DNA of 59,632 bases, the filler included. It is 8 parts of 8 records of this genome, joined end to end, with 100 filler letters (N's around TTAATTAATTAA, not from the genome) between each part and the next. Parts side by side here need not be neighbours in the genome. Positions count along the whole stretch, not along the records: positions 47,459 to 53,103 come from SRR31156797_74334; positions 53,204 to 59,632 come from SRR31156797_74381; 6 more parts are not named here. The stretch is one strand, 5' to 3'. Of the stretch, positions 49,821-59,632 are shown piece by piece. Numbering within the stretch: the first letter of the stretch is position 1; every line of letters begins with the position of its first letter. The notes beneath the pieces were generated by a model. That model was not told the DNA's origin. It saw only the letters and a program-made list of their open reading frames with translations, and did no database searches. Position numbers and translations under genes: made by a program.

Positions 49821-51344
49821 TTAACCTTTGCTGCATACCCGGTTTCGGCCTGTGTGTTTTGATTCATACATTGCATTGTCAGCCCGCTTCAGGGCATCTG
49901 TGTATGCATGGTCATTTTTATGGAAAGCACTGACACCAAGACTGATCGTGACTTGAGGAACAGGCACAAAGCAATGGGCTTCAACTCTGGATCTTAAATT
50001 TTCAGCAAGCTTGACACCATCTTCCAGGGATGTCCCCGGACAGATCACGATAAATTCTTCCCCACCCCACCGACCGAATACATCTACACGCCGTAAATGT
50101 TTGCTTACCAGAGAAGAAAATTGGGTTAGCACCTCATCACCACAATCGTGCCCGAACGTATCATTGACAGCCTTGAACTTATCAATATCCAGCATAAGCA
50201 CGCAAATATTTTCACCGTATCGTTTGAACCGTTCGAATTCATCAATCAGGATTTGTTCTGTTTTGAATCTGTTATACTGCCCTGTCAGGATATCCGTAAC
50301 GGAAAGAATTTTGAGTTTATCCGATTTTTGCTGTAATTCCCGGTTCAATTTATTGATCCGGTTGTTCCAGTACAGCATCAATAATATCAGGCATACGGCC
50401 CCAATAACGATTTTTGCATAAAAAAAGTAAGTAAGCGACGGTGCATCAATGCTTTCGATGAAGGCGACAATATAGCCAACTTTATCATTTGCAATGTTTT
50501 TTATTGGTAGGAAATGGATTAAGCTGAATGTGCTCTTGTTTCGGATCACTTCGTTAAATTCCGTCAGAGTGTCCATTTTCTGGCGTACATCTATCGGGTC
50601 GAAAGAAATGCATTCGCAAAGCTTAGTGTGTCTGTCAATTAAGGGACGATAATTTTTTTCAACTACAAAATTATCATTGATATTGCACACCCGGTATTTT
50701 TTGATGTCCTCTTTATTCAACAATTTTTTTTGAACAATATCTTTTTTAAGGAACATGACCAGGCAGGTACCGGTATAAGTGGACATCTCACGTTTAATCG
50801 CGTCAAAATCAAATCCCATTTCCACGGTGCCCAGGTGTTGACCATTAAAAAAAACAGGATAGACATACCTGAATCCTGTCCAAAATCGACCTTCCTCAAA
50901 TCCGGATACGAATTTTTGTGTTTCATTTACCATCTGAAGACTTTTTCTGAACGGGACCATCGGGTCCCCATACATCTCCGGTTTATGGAATCGAATTAAA
51001 TTGGTTCCATTAACCAAATGAAATTGAAGACGCCTGAGTCCCAGTTCCTGAACATTTTCATATACAGGCATAAATGTATCCAGCATTTTCTCCCTTATAC
51101 TGAATTTTTCATCAGGGGGGGCTGTATTATAGTCATTAAGCATTTTGCCGATGAGCTCTTCATATTGGCGATAAAATGTGTCTGCTAAAAGCCCCGTTTC
51201 TTTTAAGGCAAATTGATAACTTAAATTGATTCTGTTAGAATGATCATCAATAAAGTAGACGGCAGCATTCTTTCTGGCATTCTGTACTGCCAATACCGAC
51301 AAGAGGACAATCACTGCTATAAATACATATTGTGTATTTCGCAT
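49821..51344 (-). CDS. membrane diguanylate cyclase with periplasmic (dCache-like) sensor
   Basis: Two TMs; DIDKFKAVNDTFGH, I-site RRVD, GRWGGEEF. Confidence 0.9.
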   Translation of the reverse strand: MRNTQYVFIAVIVLLSVLAVQNARKNAAVYFIDDHSNRINLSYQFALKETGLLADTFYRQYEELIGKMLNDYNTAPPDEKFSIREKMLDTFMPVYENVQELGLRRLQFHLVNGTNLIRFHKPEMYGDPMVPFRKSLQMVNETQKFVSGFEEGRFWTGFRYVYPVFFNGQHLGTVEMGFDFDAIKREMSTYTGTCLVMFLKKDIVQKKLLNKEDIKKYRVCNINDNFVVEKNYRPLIDRHTKLCECISFDPIDVRQKMDTLTEFNEVIRNKSTFSLIHFLPIKNIANDKVGYIVAFIESIDAPSLTYFFYAKIVIGAVCLILLMLYWNNRINKLNRELQQKSDKLKILSVTDILTGQYNRFKTEQILIDEFERFKRYGENICVLMLDIDKFKAVNDTFGHDCGDEVLTQFSSLVSKHLRRVDVFGRWGGEEFIVICPGTSLEDGVKLAENLRSRVEAHCFVPVPQVTISLGVSAFHKNDHAYTDALKRADNAMYESKHTGRNRVCSKG

Positions 51345-51362
51345 ACCATACGGGAATAATTT

Positions 51363-52181
51363 ATGAAGGTTTTTAAAATCTTAACTATAATTGTCATCAT
51401 ATATCAGACTTTTACGCTGAATGCCATGTCCCAGATCAAGTTTGGCGCAATATCCATAATTGATCCGGTTGTGCTTACTCAAAGAATGGCACCCATAACG
51501 GCCTATCTTTCAAATTCTCTCAATGACCGGATCTTTCTCAAATTGGGCAGGAATTACAAAGAAATCATGGACAAGCTTGTCAATGGAGATCTTGACATGG
51601 GGTTCATCGGCCCCGCACCCTATGTGAAAATAAAGGATCGTGTGGAGATTGTCGCAACCTTGGTTTCAGATGGAACCCCTTATTTTAACAGCGTGATTGT
51701 TGTCAGGAAAGATTCTGAAATAACGGATGTTTCCGGGCTGTCTCAAAAAAAATTCGCCTTTGGCTCCCCTTATTCGACGCTCTCTTTTTACGTGCCGGCC
51801 CATATCCTTCATACGCAAAAGGTATTATCACAATTGGGAAATTATAATTTTTTAGGTAAACACGACCGGGTAGCCAAAAATGTGATCCTGGGAAAATATG
51901 ACGCCGGTGGTATCAAGGAGAGTGTGTATCTTCAGTATCAGAACCATCTTAAGGTTTTGCATAAAAGCGATCCGTTTTATGATTTTGTCATAGTGGTTAG
52001 AAAAAATTTTGATCCGGGTATGAAAAATCGGCTTGAAACAGCATTGTTAAACCTTAAATCGTCCTCTGTTTTAAGCGCGTTTAAGCCCGGTGCCACAGGA
52101 TTCATCAAAGGGCAAAAATCTAATTATGAAGACATAGCGATCATCATTGAGATGATTGATCGGTTGGGTCGCAAACAATAG
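51363..52181 (+). CDS. phosphate/phosphonate-type substrate-binding protein (orphan)
   Basis: Signal peptide; DMGFIGPAPY, SVIVVRKDS, FAFGSPYST, H..V...V..G.YDAG. Confidence 0.82.
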   Translation: MKVFKILTIIVIIYQTFTLNAMSQIKFGAISIIDPVVLTQRMAPITAYLSNSLNDRIFLKLGRNYKEIMDKLVNGDLDMGFIGPAPYVKIKDRVEIVATLVSDGTPYFNSVIVVRKDSEITDVSGLSQKKFAFGSPYSTLSFYVPAHILHTQKVLSQLGNYNFLGKHDRVAKNVILGKYDAGGIKESVYLQYQNHLKVLHKSDPFYDFVIVVRKNFDPGMKNRLETALLNLKSSSVLSAFKPGATGFIKGQKSNYEDIAIIIEMIDRLGRKQ

Positions 52182-52238
52182 TTAGTGTCTGAACGAAAGT
52201 TGAAATATCTGTACAGGTTACACAGGTTTTTTCAAAGA

Positions 52239-53103
52239 TTAATCCGGGTCTGCATTTAATTGGAAAAGCTCGATGATTTCATCCAGATTTTCCATAAACA
52301 CGTCCACCAGCCCAGGATCAAAATGCTTCCCAGATTCTTCTTTGATCACTGCCACAGCTTTTTCAATGGGCCACGCTTTTTTATAGGGCCGTTTACTGAC
52401 AAGGGCGTCAAAAACATCCGCCACAGCTACAATACGGCCAACAAGAGGAATCTTATCCCCCTTAAGGCCCTGGGGATAGCCCGTGCCGTCCCATTTTTCG
52501 TGGTGGGTTAACGCCACTGTTCTTGCCATATCCAAAAGTGGATTCTTATGTTCTCCTATAATTTTGGCTCCGATTTTCGTGTGCTGTTCCATGATGGCTC
52601 TTTCCTGGGCATCCAGCTTTCCCTGCTTGCCAAGGATATTATCCGGAATGCCGATTTTGCCGATATCGTGCATGGGGGATGCATTTAATATCAAATCAAC
52701 CTCTTGTTCACTCATACCGATTGCCGCTGCCATGACTTTGCAGTAATAACTCATACGAATGACATGCATGCCCGTTTCGTTATCTTTGTATTCTGCGGCA
52801 AGGCCTAATCGGCGAATAATTTCAAGTCTGCTGTTGTTCAGCGCTTTTGTCCGTTCTTGAACCAGATATTCCAGTGCTTTGTTTTGGTCGTACAGGTTTA
52901 GATGCGCTTTTACCCTTGCCAGGACAACCGGAGGGCTGACTGGTTTTGTTATATAATCAACAGCACCAACTTCAAATCCCCGGGCCTCATCCGTCACCTC
53001 ATTCATTGCCGTGACAAATATTACAGGGATATTTTTGGTATGAAGATCACGCTTTAATTGCGTGCATACTGCATAGCCGTCCATTTCAGGCATCATAATG
53101 TCC
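52239..53103 (-). CDS. REC-HD-GYP phosphodiesterase response regulator, 5' truncated
   Basis: DIMMPEMDG, DYITKP, MHDIGKIG, HHEKWDGTGYP, RPYK. Confidence 0.92.
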
Positions 53104-53203
53104 NNNNNNNNNNNNNNNNNNNNNNNNNNNNNNNNNNNNNNNNNNNNTTAATTAATTAANNNNNNNNNNNNNNNNNNNNNNNNNNNNNNNNNNNNNNNNN
53201 NNN
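53104..53203. other. artificial contig spacer
   Basis: N44-TTAATTAATTAA-N44. Confidence 0.98.
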
Positions 53204-53947
53204 TCCACCGGCAACTACCGGCTCCGGATCGGAAACCGGTCTTCAAAAGATTTTCACAAGGACGAAATCAGTCTGAACCTGGTGCGACTGTACAAGGCGG
53301 CCCATGAACTGGCACCGGGGGATCTCAGGAAACAGCTGTTGCAGTTCGGATATAAAAAAACAGCCACCCCCGAACCGGCCGAGGATAAAGTATCCGTCAT
53401 GGGCATGGCCCACAAAAAATGGGGGATCATTTATGGAAACCATGTGAAACCGCGCGTATCGGTGGCGGAACTGGATATTCAGATACAGGAATTATCCGGT
53501 TGGATCAAGAATTTAGGGCCGGAAATCCTGAATGTTACATTGTCCATAAACGGGTACCATCCCGTTTCAAAAGAGCTGATTCAGGCGGCCAGCCATCCGG
53601 AAATCGCCGAAGCATTTCTAGAATCGGAACCGACTGAGAAACACGGTGGGCGAAGCATTTCGTGGGAATCGGCTGGAAAATTCATTGGGAAACGGGTGAC
53701 CGTACAGGGAACCATTGTCCGCGCTTACAACTCGGGGAAAGTCTGTTTCCTCAATTTCCACAGAAATTTCACCCGGTATATGAGCCTCACCATCTTTGAA
53801 AACGCCCTGCGGAAATTCCCGTTCCGACCGGAGAAATACTATCTCAATAAGACGGTCCGGGTGAGGGGGAAAATCAAGCGGTATAAAGGGAGACCGGAGA
53901 TCGTTTTGGAAAGCCCGAAACAAATCGAGGTTGTCAAAAGCCATTGA
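53204..53947 (+). CDS. protein with a C-terminal OB-fold, probably 5' truncated
   Basis: A.KFIGKRVTVQG.I....SGKVCFLNF...Y.NKTVRVRGKI..YKGRPEI. Confidence 0.7.
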   Translation, partial: STGNYRLRIGNRSSKDFHKDEISLNLVRLYKAAHELAPGDLRKQLLQFGYKKTATPEPAEDKVSVMGMAHKKWGIIYGNHVKPRVSVAELDIQIQELSGWIKNLGPEILNVTLSINGYHPVSKELIQAASHPEIAEAFLESEPTEKHGGRSISWESAGKFIGKRVTVQGTIVRAYNSGKVCFLNFHRNFTRYMSLTIFENALRKFPFRPEKYYLNKTVRVRGKIKRYKGRPEIVLESPKQIEVVKSH

Positions 53948-54158
53948 TTTTATCGTCCTCACATCAAGGCTTTCTGAGGTCTGTTTTGTGCCAAGTGAAC
54001 GAAAGATATACAATCCCGGGGGGCTTCCCAAAGGGCTCTCAGCCGAAGAATTCGGCAAGCGAAGCGTCTGCCGCAACCCGCTCATTGCCAGTTTGCTGTT
54101 GCGATGCAACTATAACGTTGGCGGTCCTATGCCTTCGAACGTTACCTTAAGCTTTTCA

Positions 54159-54190
54159 TAAGTTAAAGCTAACGCGTTTTCTTTAACTTA
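54159..54190. repeat. perfect 10-bp inverted repeat upstream of the TnpA-like gene
   Basis: TAAGTTAAAG-N12-CTTTAACTTA. Confidence 0.6.
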
Positions 54191-54265
54191 AACGCTGGAT
54201 TGGAAGAGGATGTTCACCCTCGAAATCCCCATAAACTCATAGAAGGAGATATTCAATTGGAGGAA

Positions 54266-54928
54266 ATGACATCTCGTAATCATTTTCCTGAAAAATGTCT
54301 GGCGTGTGCCAAATCATCTGAGCCGTTCATTCATGATGAATGCAGCTTTTGCCGGGAGTTGAATTTTCAAGAAGAAGTGCTTTGTGATCTAAACCGGTCA
54401 ACTCAGGATCCAGTCCTCTTTGAATGCCACGCTTTTCAGCCGTTGCTGAAAGTGGTCGCCCTATCCGGACAGGAAACCCGGAGGGCGCCCAAAGTCCACC
54501 CTTCGCGGTTCTCCTTGGAAAAGCTGCTTGATTCCGATAAGGTAAAGTATCAACGAGCGTTAGCCCGCCAAAGGCTGGCCCGTAATCCAGACGAGATGGT
54601 GCTTGAAATCAAATACCATTTTGTCTGGAATGTGATCGGCAGAAAACCCGTCTTTTCGGAACCGGCGCCCATGATCGGCTTGATGGATAATATTATCACG
54701 ACTTGCAGCGGGGCAGTGGGCGGTTTCGCCGATCTCATCTGGCTGGCCCCGGACCATATACATTTATACGTAGAGTCGGATGGGGAAATATCTCCGGACA
54801 ATATGGCCCATGATTTGAAACGGCATTCGGAAGCCGCCATCCTTAAGCGGTTTCCTGATCTTATTTTATCGTCGGAGGCGAAAACCGGATTATGGGACGA
54901 AGCCTATTTCGTAGAAACAGTCGGTTAA
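54266..54928 (+). CDS. IS200/IS605 TnpA-like (Y1) protein with a Cys-rich N-terminus, lacking the C-terminal catalytic helix
   Basis: RBS GGAGG; CLAC..CSFC..C..C; YHFVW...RKPVF, PDHIHL, LWDEAYFVETVG*. Confidence 0.75.
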   Translation: MTSRNHFPEKCLACAKSSEPFIHDECSFCRELNFQEEVLCDLNRSTQDPVLFECHAFQPLLKVVALSGQETRRAPKVHPSRFSLEKLLDSDKVKYQRALARQRLARNPDEMVLEIKYHFVWNVIGRKPVFSEPAPMIGLMDNIITTCSGAVGGFADLIWLAPDHIHLYVESDGEISPDNMAHDLKRHSEAAILKRFPDLILSSEAKTGLWDEAYFVETVG

Positions 54929-54953
54929 AAAAACATTTAAGGAGGAAAAGGTT

Positions 54954-55589
54954 ATGAAGGTTATCGCATTTAACGGAAGCCCGCGGAAGAATGGCAATAC
55001 GGTGGGATGCCTCAATACGGTGTTGGGGGAACTGGAGAAACAGGGCATTGAAACAGAATTAATTCAGGCGGGGAAAGAAAAAGTTCGTGGGTGTCTGGCC
55101 TGTTATACCTGTTTAAAAAAACAGAATGAAAGATGTGCCGTTGAAGATGATCCGGTCAACGACTGGATTCAGAAAATGAAACAGGCCGACGGGATCTTGC
55201 TGGGATCACCGGTCCATTTCTCCGGTGTGGCCGGCACCATGAAGTCCTTTCTGGACCGGGCTTTCTTCGTAATCTCCGTAAATGGTGGGCTTCTTCGCCA
55301 CAAAGTGGGTGCGTCGGTGGCCGCGGTTCGTAGATCAGGCGGCATCCCCGCCATAGACACCCTGAATCACTACATCCAATATTCCGAAATGATCATGCCC
55401 AATGCCAACTACTGGAATGTGGCCCACGGCATGAACCCCGGCGAGGTGGAACAGGACGGCGAGGGCAAGCAGATCATGGAGGTGCTGGGCCGCAACATGG
55501 CGTGGTTGATGAAGGTGATGGAAGTGGGCAAAAGGGAAGTTTCGGCGCCTGTCCCGGTCGAAAAAACCCTCACCAACTTTGTACGATAA
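54954..55589 (+). CDS. iron-sulfur flavoprotein / flavodoxin-family protein
   Basis: FNGSPRKNGNT, CLACYTC....C, LGSPVHF, AVRRSGG. Confidence 0.9.
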   Translation: MKVIAFNGSPRKNGNTVGCLNTVLGELEKQGIETELIQAGKEKVRGCLACYTCLKKQNERCAVEDDPVNDWIQKMKQADGILLGSPVHFSGVAGTMKSFLDRAFFVISVNGGLLRHKVGASVAAVRRSGGIPAIDTLNHYIQYSEMIMPNANYWNVAHGMNPGEVEQDGEGKQIMEVLGRNMAWLMKVMEVGKREVSAPVPVEKTLTNFVR

Positions 55590-55592
55590 CAT

Positions 55593-56621
55593 CTAACCGA
55601 TTCGCAGCACCTTCGCGCCGCGTATTTTTCTTGTTTTGAGCTCGACAAGGGCCCGGTTGGCCTCTTCCAGGGGGTACGACTGGATATGGGGTCTGATATC
55701 CATCTCCCCCGCCAGGGCCAGAAACTCCCGCAGGTCCCTGGGGCTCACATTGGCAACACTCTTAATTTCCTTTTCCATCCACAGGTGGAGAGGGTAGTCC
55801 AGGCGCAACAGCGCCTTCTTGTCCACCTCTTCCTTCCGGATGGCGTTGATCACCAGTCTCCCACCGGGCTTAAGGTTTTTCAAGGCCTCCAGAATGGGTC
55901 CCCATACGGGCGTGGTGTCGATGATGCAGTGGAGCTTTTCAGGGGACGGCTCTTGCGTATCTCCTGCCCAGACCGCGCCCAGCTCCCGTGCAAACCTTCT
56001 CTGGCCTTCACTTCTGGCAAACACGAAAACCTTCGATTTGGGGTAAAGGTGTTCTACCATCTTCAAGACCAGATGTCCGGATGCTCCGAATCCGGTAAGC
56101 CCCATATTTCCCCCGTCTCGGAGTCCGGTTAACCGTAAAGACCTATACCCCACGGCGCCGGCGCATAACAAAGGCGCCGCTTCAGCGTCGCTGAAACCCT
56201 TCGGAATGGGAAAGGCGGACTTTTCGGGAACCGTCATATACTGGGCATACCCGCCGTTGGCGTCCCTGCCGGTGGCCTTGAAATGCCGGCACAGGTTCTC
56301 ATTCCCTTCCAGGCAGAACCCGCACTCTCCACAAGCGGAATAAATCCAACCGATCCCCACCCGATCCCCGATTTTGAAGGTGCCGGCCCTGTTGCCGGTT
56401 TCAGCTACGCGCCCCACCACTTCATGCCCCAAAACCATCGGGAGCCGGGGCGGCGGCGTTCTGCCCTCTATCTCATCCAATTCCGTATGGCAGACCCCGC
56501 AGGCGGAAACTTTCACCAGGATCTCATCCCCATTAGGAACGGGATCCGGGAGATCCATCATTTCCAGGGGTGCCTGATTCTCTTTGAGGCTGCAGAGGTT
56601 TTTCAGTACCATGGCTTTCAT
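55593..56621 (-). CDS. zinc-dependent alcohol dehydrogenase-family protein
   Basis: CGVCHTE, GHEVVG, CGECGFC..NLC, LLCAG, GFGASG; start ATG 56621. Confidence 0.92.
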   Translation of the reverse strand: MKAMVLKNLCSLKENQAPLEMMDLPDPVPNGDEILVKVSACGVCHTELDEIEGRTPPPRLPMVLGHEVVGRVAETGNRAGTFKIGDRVGIGWIYSACGECGFCLEGNENLCRHFKATGRDANGGYAQYMTVPEKSAFPIPKGFSDAEAAPLLCAGAVGYRSLRLTGLRDGGNMGLTGFGASGHLVLKMVEHLYPKSKVFVFARSEGQRRFARELGAVWAGDTQEPSPEKLHCIIDTTPVWGPILEALKNLKPGGRLVINAIRKEEVDKKALLRLDYPLHLWMEKEIKSVANVSPRDLREFLALAGEMDIRPHIQSYPLEEANRALVELKTRKIRGAKVLRIG

Positions 56622-56997
56622 TTGTGAGCGCCCTTTCGTTATCCGGAGCCAGAGAAAAACTCTGCCCGATTGCATCCATGCGCCTAAACAGGCCGTCATA
56701 CGGGCCTCCGGCGTGCGGTCAGGTAAAATCAACCGGTATAAAACACGAAAAAACCTTCAGAGTCAAGCACATGGATTTACGGATTGAAGACAGAACATCC
56801 TCTCTTCCCAAAAAAAAGGTATGCGGATACTAAACCGCAATACCACTGAAATCCGCGGTTGCACTGAAGAACCAAACCTGGTATCCCATTTCATTCCGCC
56901 GGGGAAACGTATCGAAATAAAGCCCTCCGGGTGAAGGGAAAAATCGAGATTGCCAAGCAACACCAAGGAAATTTTAGTTGAGGCATAAGGACGAACC

Positions 56998-58374
56998 GTG
57001 ACCGTTAAAACCTCGCCCTTTAAAATACGGAACATCCGGCTGTTCATCGCCTTTCGGGTCTTCTTTAATTCCCGGTTCTACTATCCCGTCTTCGCCATCC
57101 TTTTTCTGGACTTCGGGTTGACCCTGGAACAATTTGCGATGCTCAATCTGGTATGGGCCCTGACCATTGTCCTCCTGGAAATCCCTTCCGGCGCCCTGGC
57201 GGACACCATCGGCAGAAAAAACCTCCTGGTCTTTGCGGGCGTCTGCATGGTCCTGGAGATGACCCTTCTCTGTTTCGTCCCTTTGGGGAATCCCCGGCTG
57301 CTCTTTTATATGTTTCTTGCCAACCGGGTGTTGAGTGGCAGCGCCGAGGCAGCCGCCAGCGGCGCCGATGAAGCCCTGGCCTACGACTCACTCAAAAAGG
57401 AAGGCGATCCTGACGACTGGGGGAAGGTTCTGGTCAGGCAGATGGGGTTTCGCTCCATGGGGTTTGTTGTGGCCATGAGTTTAGGGGCAGCCGTGTATGA
57501 CCCCGGGCTAATGGTACGAGTGGCTCACTGGTTTGGCCTGAACATTTCCCTGAACCAGGACATTACCCTGCGATTTCCCCTCTATCTGACCCTTGCCACG
57601 GCCATTCTGACGCTCTTCATTACCCTCGCCATGAAAAGAATCGAACCTCGGAATGACGGGAAAATGCTGCTAGAAAGAACAGGTGGCGACTCTCTTATAA
57701 GGGCCATGAAACTGACAGTAACAGCCGGGAAATGGATACTGAAAACCCCCTTTGCCCTGGTCATTATCGCCACCGGAATGATCTTTGATCACATCATCCG
57801 CATGATGATCACGCTCAACAGCCAGTATTACAGGCTAATCGATCTGCCGGAATCCGTATTCGGTTTGATCGGATCCGGAATGGCCCTTCTGGGTCTGGTT
57901 ATCCCCCGCCTTGCTCTGATGCTGGCGGAAAAGCATTCTCCCGCTTTCAACACGGGGGTCTTGGCCATGATCGCCCTGGCGGGCTTCTGGGGGCTCACGC
58001 TGTTTCTACCGATCCTGGGGCTTATTCCCATGGTCCTGCTATCCAGCGTCATGTATTTCACCGGTTTTTTCGTAAGCCACTACCTCAACCGGATCACGGA
58101 TTCCTCCCGGAGGGCCACCGTATTGAGCTTCAAGGGGATGTCTTTCAACCTGGCATACGGGTTTATTTGTCTCTTCTATGCCGTTCTTTTGGGCATGCTC
58201 AGGTCACGCACTGCCGAAACGGATCCACATCTGACGGGACATGCCCTTGAGAATCATGTCTTCATCCGGTCAATCGAGTGGTTTCCCGTCTACTTGATGG
58301 TAATCCTTTTTATCCTTCTGGTTTTCGCAGCATGGAAATTGAAGCATTCAAAGGAACATCGAAAGCCCGGATAG
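56998..58374 (+). CDS. MFS transporter
   Basis: Many TM helices; EIPSGALADTIGRK, SGADEALAYDSL, RATVLS. Confidence 0.9.
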   Translation: MTVKTSPFKIRNIRLFIAFRVFFNSRFYYPVFAILFLDFGLTLEQFAMLNLVWALTIVLLEIPSGALADTIGRKNLLVFAGVCMVLEMTLLCFVPLGNPRLLFYMFLANRVLSGSAEAAASGADEALAYDSLKKEGDPDDWGKVLVRQMGFRSMGFVVAMSLGAAVYDPGLMVRVAHWFGLNISLNQDITLRFPLYLTLATAILTLFITLAMKRIEPRNDGKMLLERTGGDSLIRAMKLTVTAGKWILKTPFALVIIATGMIFDHIIRMMITLNSQYYRLIDLPESVFGLIGSGMALLGLVIPRLALMLAEKHSPAFNTGVLAMIALAGFWGLTLFLPILGLIPMVLLSSVMYFTGFFVSHYLNRITDSSRRATVLSFKGMSFNLAYGFICLFYAVLLGMLRSRTAETDPHLTGHALENHVFIRSIEWFPVYLMVILFILLVFAAWKLKHSKEHRKPG

Positions 58375-58939
58375 GGGGATACTTCCCTTCGATGGGCCCG
58401 TAAAAATCTTGAATGCGTTTCATGTCCCCTTCCATATGTCCCGTAATATCAATGGTCGGCCCGATGCCACCCACTTTCCGTCCGTAATCCAGATACCCCA
58501 ATACCACCGGCACACCCGCACCGTTGGCAATATGGTAGAAACCACTCTTCCAGTAACTCACTTTTTTGCGGGTGCCTGACGGCGGGACCACCAGAACCAT
58601 CCGGTTATGTTCGTTGAAGGCCTGAATCGATTGGGCCACCACATTATGAGATCCCGATCGATCAATGGGAACGGCCCCCAACCATCGCAGGAAGGGCCCC
58701 ATGGGCCAGCGAAACCAGGACTTTTTCATCATGATCCGGGGGTTTATGCCCAGGATGAATGCCAGACAGACCGTGTAAACAAAATCCCAGTTGGACGTAT
58801 GGGGGGCTGCGATAATAACGTATTTTGAAATACGGGGCCTGTGTCCGGCGGGTTTCCATCCCGATATTTTGAAGATCATCAACGCCACCCAGCGCATGAA
58901 GGTCTTACAAATAAATGTGTCATGAACGGTATTTTTCAT
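58310..58939 (-). CDS. lysophospholipid acyltransferase (PlsC-like)
   Basis: APHTSNWDF, PIDRS, PSGTR, WKSGFYHIA. Confidence 0.88.
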   Translation of the reverse strand: MKNTVHDTFICKTFMRWVALMIFKISGWKPAGHRPRISKYVIIAAPHTSNWDFVYTVCLAFILGINPRIMMKKSWFRWPMGPFLRWLGAVPIDRSGSHNVVAQSIQAFNEHNRMVLVVPPSGTRKKVSYWKSGFYHIANGAGVPVVLGYLDYGRKVGGIGPTIDITGHMEGDMKRIQDFYGPIEGKYPPIRAFDVPLNASISMLRKPEG

Positions 58940-58983
58940 TTTCGGATCCTTTTTTAATGGGGGCATTCCCCGCGAATTTAAAA

Positions 58984-59632
58984 TTATAAGTTTCGGCGCT
59001 TTCGAATTACCGTGAATAAAATTAAAACCAGCCCCAGCACCAGTGATATCCCCCCCAGCCAATCGCCATGGCGGGCGAAAAAAGTGCGACCCTCATAAAG
59101 ATGAACCTTTCCCTTGAGGGTGGCCTTTTCCCACCAAGGGGTTTTGGCCGTCACCTTTCCCTTTGCATCAATGATGGCGGAAATGCCGGTGTTGGCCACA
59201 CGAACCAGGTCCCGGCGGCATTCTATGGCGCGAATGGGGCTGAAATTATAGTGATGACGATAACCCGGCGTGTTTTTCCACCATCCATCGTTTGTAATCA
59301 TGCAGATAAAGCCTTTTTTTTGTGTCAGATTTTGAGCGCAGTAGGGACCGAACACCGATTCAAAACAGAGGATCGGCAGGATACCCATGGAACCGTCGGG
59401 CGATTCGAAATTTGTACTCTCCTGGCGGTAGCTGTAGGTGCCGTTATATCCCCCAAGCTCTAGGCTGAATTTCCCCAGAAAACCCAGGTACTGCACAAAA
59501 GGCATCCGCTCGAATATGGGAACCAGCTTGGTCTTGTGGTAAAATTGAGGATCCGCGCCGGGCGCCAGGAAAAGCGCCGTATTGAAAGCCTCATAATAGA
59601 AGCCCTTCTCCCCATTAAAACGACTCCCCGGA
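58984..59632 (-). CDS. lnt: apolipoprotein N-acyltransferase, 5' part outside the window
   Basis: YHKTKLVPIFERMP, LCFES, TNDGWW, RAIE.RR..VRVANTGIS. Confidence 0.88.
   Translation of the reverse strand, partial: PGSRFNGEKGFYYEAFNTALFLAPGADPQFYHKTKLVPIFERMPFVQYLGFLGKFSLELGGYNGTYSYRQESTNFESPDGSMGILPILCFESVFGPYCAQNLTQKKGFICMITNDGWWKNTPGYRHHYNFSPIRAIECRRDLVRVANTGISAIIDAKGKVTAKTPWWEKATLKGKVHLYEGRTFFARHGDWLGGISLVLGLVLILFTVIRKRRNL

Noticed and set aside
53950-54170. Possible integron attC site or structured RNA
   Set aside because: No convincing paired RYYYAAC/GTTRRRY boxes, no integrase and no cassette array.

Overview
This window is not one genome locus. It is a concatenation of eight unrelated contigs joined by artificial 100-nt spacers (N44-TTAATTAATTAA-N44) at 9266-9365, 19498-19597, 26899-26998, 34149-34248, 40468-40567, 47359-47458 and 53104-53203. 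Taxonomic assignments below are impressions from gene content, not database results. Contig 1 (Desulfobulbales-like) holds a TIGR03790-like gene, mutY, a sigma54 activator and two PEP-CTERM genes with sigma54 promoters and a shared upstream motif, plus RAYT, IS21 and IS4 elements or remnants. Contig 2 (Bacteroidota-like) has a Mo-hydroxylase pair and a hydrolase/flavocytochrome c operon. Contig 3 (Desulfobacterales-like) has redox genes including a probable selenocysteine rhodanese-ferritin fusion, and truD. Contig 4 (spirochaete-like) has an MCP, a cholesterol-dependent-cytolysin-like lipoprotein and a partner lipoprotein. Contig 5 is a very large multi-sensor hybrid kinase. Contig 6 is the most interesting: an apparent RRE-dependent RiPP-like cluster (HprK-like kinase, PqqD/RRE, S26-type peptidase, ABC exporter) with a 53-aa WxxP-leader precursor missing from the ORF track, apparently co-transcribed from a sigma54 promoter with a PEP-CTERM surface protein. 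Contig 7 is a c-di-GMP gene cluster. Contig 8 has a TnpA-like gene lacking its catalytic helix, a flavoprotein, an ADH, an MFS transporter, an acyltransferase and lnt.
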